This document shows positions 62,611 through 64,000 of a stretch of 64,000 nt of DNA, piece by piece. Position 1 is the stretch's first letter. Each line of letters begins with the position of its first letter. Origin of the DNA: Amphiscolops sp. MND2022 (lineage: Eukaryota); assembly GCA_964187785.1 (NCBI GenBank), contig OZ076409.1:39992001-40056000 (forward strand). Direction: 5' to 3'. The position numbers and the translations under genes are program-made. The notes below the pieces were generated by a model. That model was not told where the DNA came from. It saw nothing but the letters and a program-made list of their open reading frames with translations, and searched no databases.

Positions 62611-63673
62611 AACCATTCTTGCATTTCGTTCTCGTAGATTCCTTTATAGCTTTTTCTCCGTCTCCAACTGAACAAAATCAAGTTACTATGTGTTTGAAAG
62701 AAATGATCATTACTTTGTGATGTCCCTGCTTAAGTCCCTTTTTTTTCTGGTGAGGGTAATGTCCTGCTCTAGATTTCCTTTTCGTTTGCTTCTGATACTT
62801 AGGAGAAGACACTTCGAAGAAATCGAAGTCAAATGCGTAAAGTTACAAACCCAAAGTCGGAAAGCAACGTTAGTACAAATCAATTGATGCGATCGTCGCA
62901 CAGATGAAGCATAGCGAGCATTTTGGTTTGCCAGTTTTCAGTCTGATTTCTGTTGTGTCATTGTCGCGAACGAAACGTGTTGATTTTATTTGCACTCAAC
63001 TTTTTGTTAATAAGTATTTTCGGTACAGTGGTATTCAGTTACTTAATGATCATGAATATTTCATTGGTACGTCTTGTTGCTACCTTAATCTTTAGAGTAA
63101 GTTGAATATTTTGAAGCTGCCATTAATGTGTACCATTTGAACAAACCATGATTGAATGTATATTGAAAATGTACTTGAGTATTACTTTGGGAGGCGCAAA
63201 TTTCGTCATCAGAAATTTCGTCGTCAGTAATCTAGTCGAAGGAAATTTCTAATGAAATTATTATTACACACCATAAGGCCACGTTCAGCAAAAGTAAAAA
63301 GTTTGTTACTTGTTTATTTCACCCGCTTGGTGCTTCACTTTTCCTCACAATTGCTCGCCGAACAATCAGTTTTGAACGTTGTTTTGAAGTTTGTGCGTTC
63401 TGAGAATTATCTTCGAAAAACAGTTATCCTGAAAAACAATTGCGTTCCTTTGAAGAATGTTGTTCATAAAAATAACGCGTTTCAATTTTTCGTGAGCAAA
63501 ATAGATACCTGCAGCGTTCATTGGAATTTATTCCATTGTCAATTCATGAAAAACCTAACACAAAGAGGGTTTTCACATTCATTTGCGACAGGGTTTTAGT
63601 TACAAACGAGTTTTTTGTTCAACCACAAAATATTATATGAATTACTCATATTAAAGTGTCAAGCAAACATGAA
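62611..63673 (+). repeat. About 1.06-kb interspersed repeat, copy 2
   Basis: A diverged direct repeat of 54215-55277. Confidence 0.9.
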
Positions 63674-64000
63674 CTAAAGCAAATCGAAGTGTATTTGTGG
63701 AAGACAGTGGATTCAATCAAAACTCCAAGGGAACGGATTCCCCTAATGTCCCAGGCTGCCGCCTCTGATCGAATCCCGTATTTCAACAAGTACTCTTAGA
63801 TCTTATGCAGCACTCCAGTCGACCGAAAGCTGATGCAACCCCACAGTCGCTTGACTAGAATAACCAATTGAATGTCAATTGTTGAATGTATTTTATGATG
63901 CATTTATATATGAGTGAAACAATTTGTGACATTCATTGTGTTAAGGATCTTAAGTATTGCTTTACTCTTACCAATTGTTTGTTGCAGTTCATTTCAACTA

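Overview
This is repeat-rich, AT-rich eukaryotic (animal-like, GT-AG introns) DNA made almost entirely of nested transposable elements, with a 200-N gap at 31270-31469. I found no conventional host gene, rRNA or CRISPR array. It holds three decayed Ty3/Gypsy LTR retrotransposons (about 8.2-18.9 kb +, 48.5-53.7 kb -, 55.3-58.8 kb +) and several LTR fragments. In these, Gag appears to start about 130 codons inside a 2-2.4 kb LTR and to read through the PBS, and two carry a conserved antisense gene. The most interesting part is about 31.5-48.4 kb, a putative large DNA transposon. It has a RAG1/Transib-like DDE transposase with a C-terminal BRCT domain and three spliced chromatin genes: a SET-domain methyltransferase fused to a dead tyrosine-recombinase-like domain (writer), a Tudor/chromo-barrel-like protein (possible reader) and a multi-zinc-finger KDM2/KDM7-type JmjC protein (eraser). 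Shared internal repeats link the four genes. All gene models and family calls were made by eye from motifs and need HMM or structural confirmation; the element's termini are not established.
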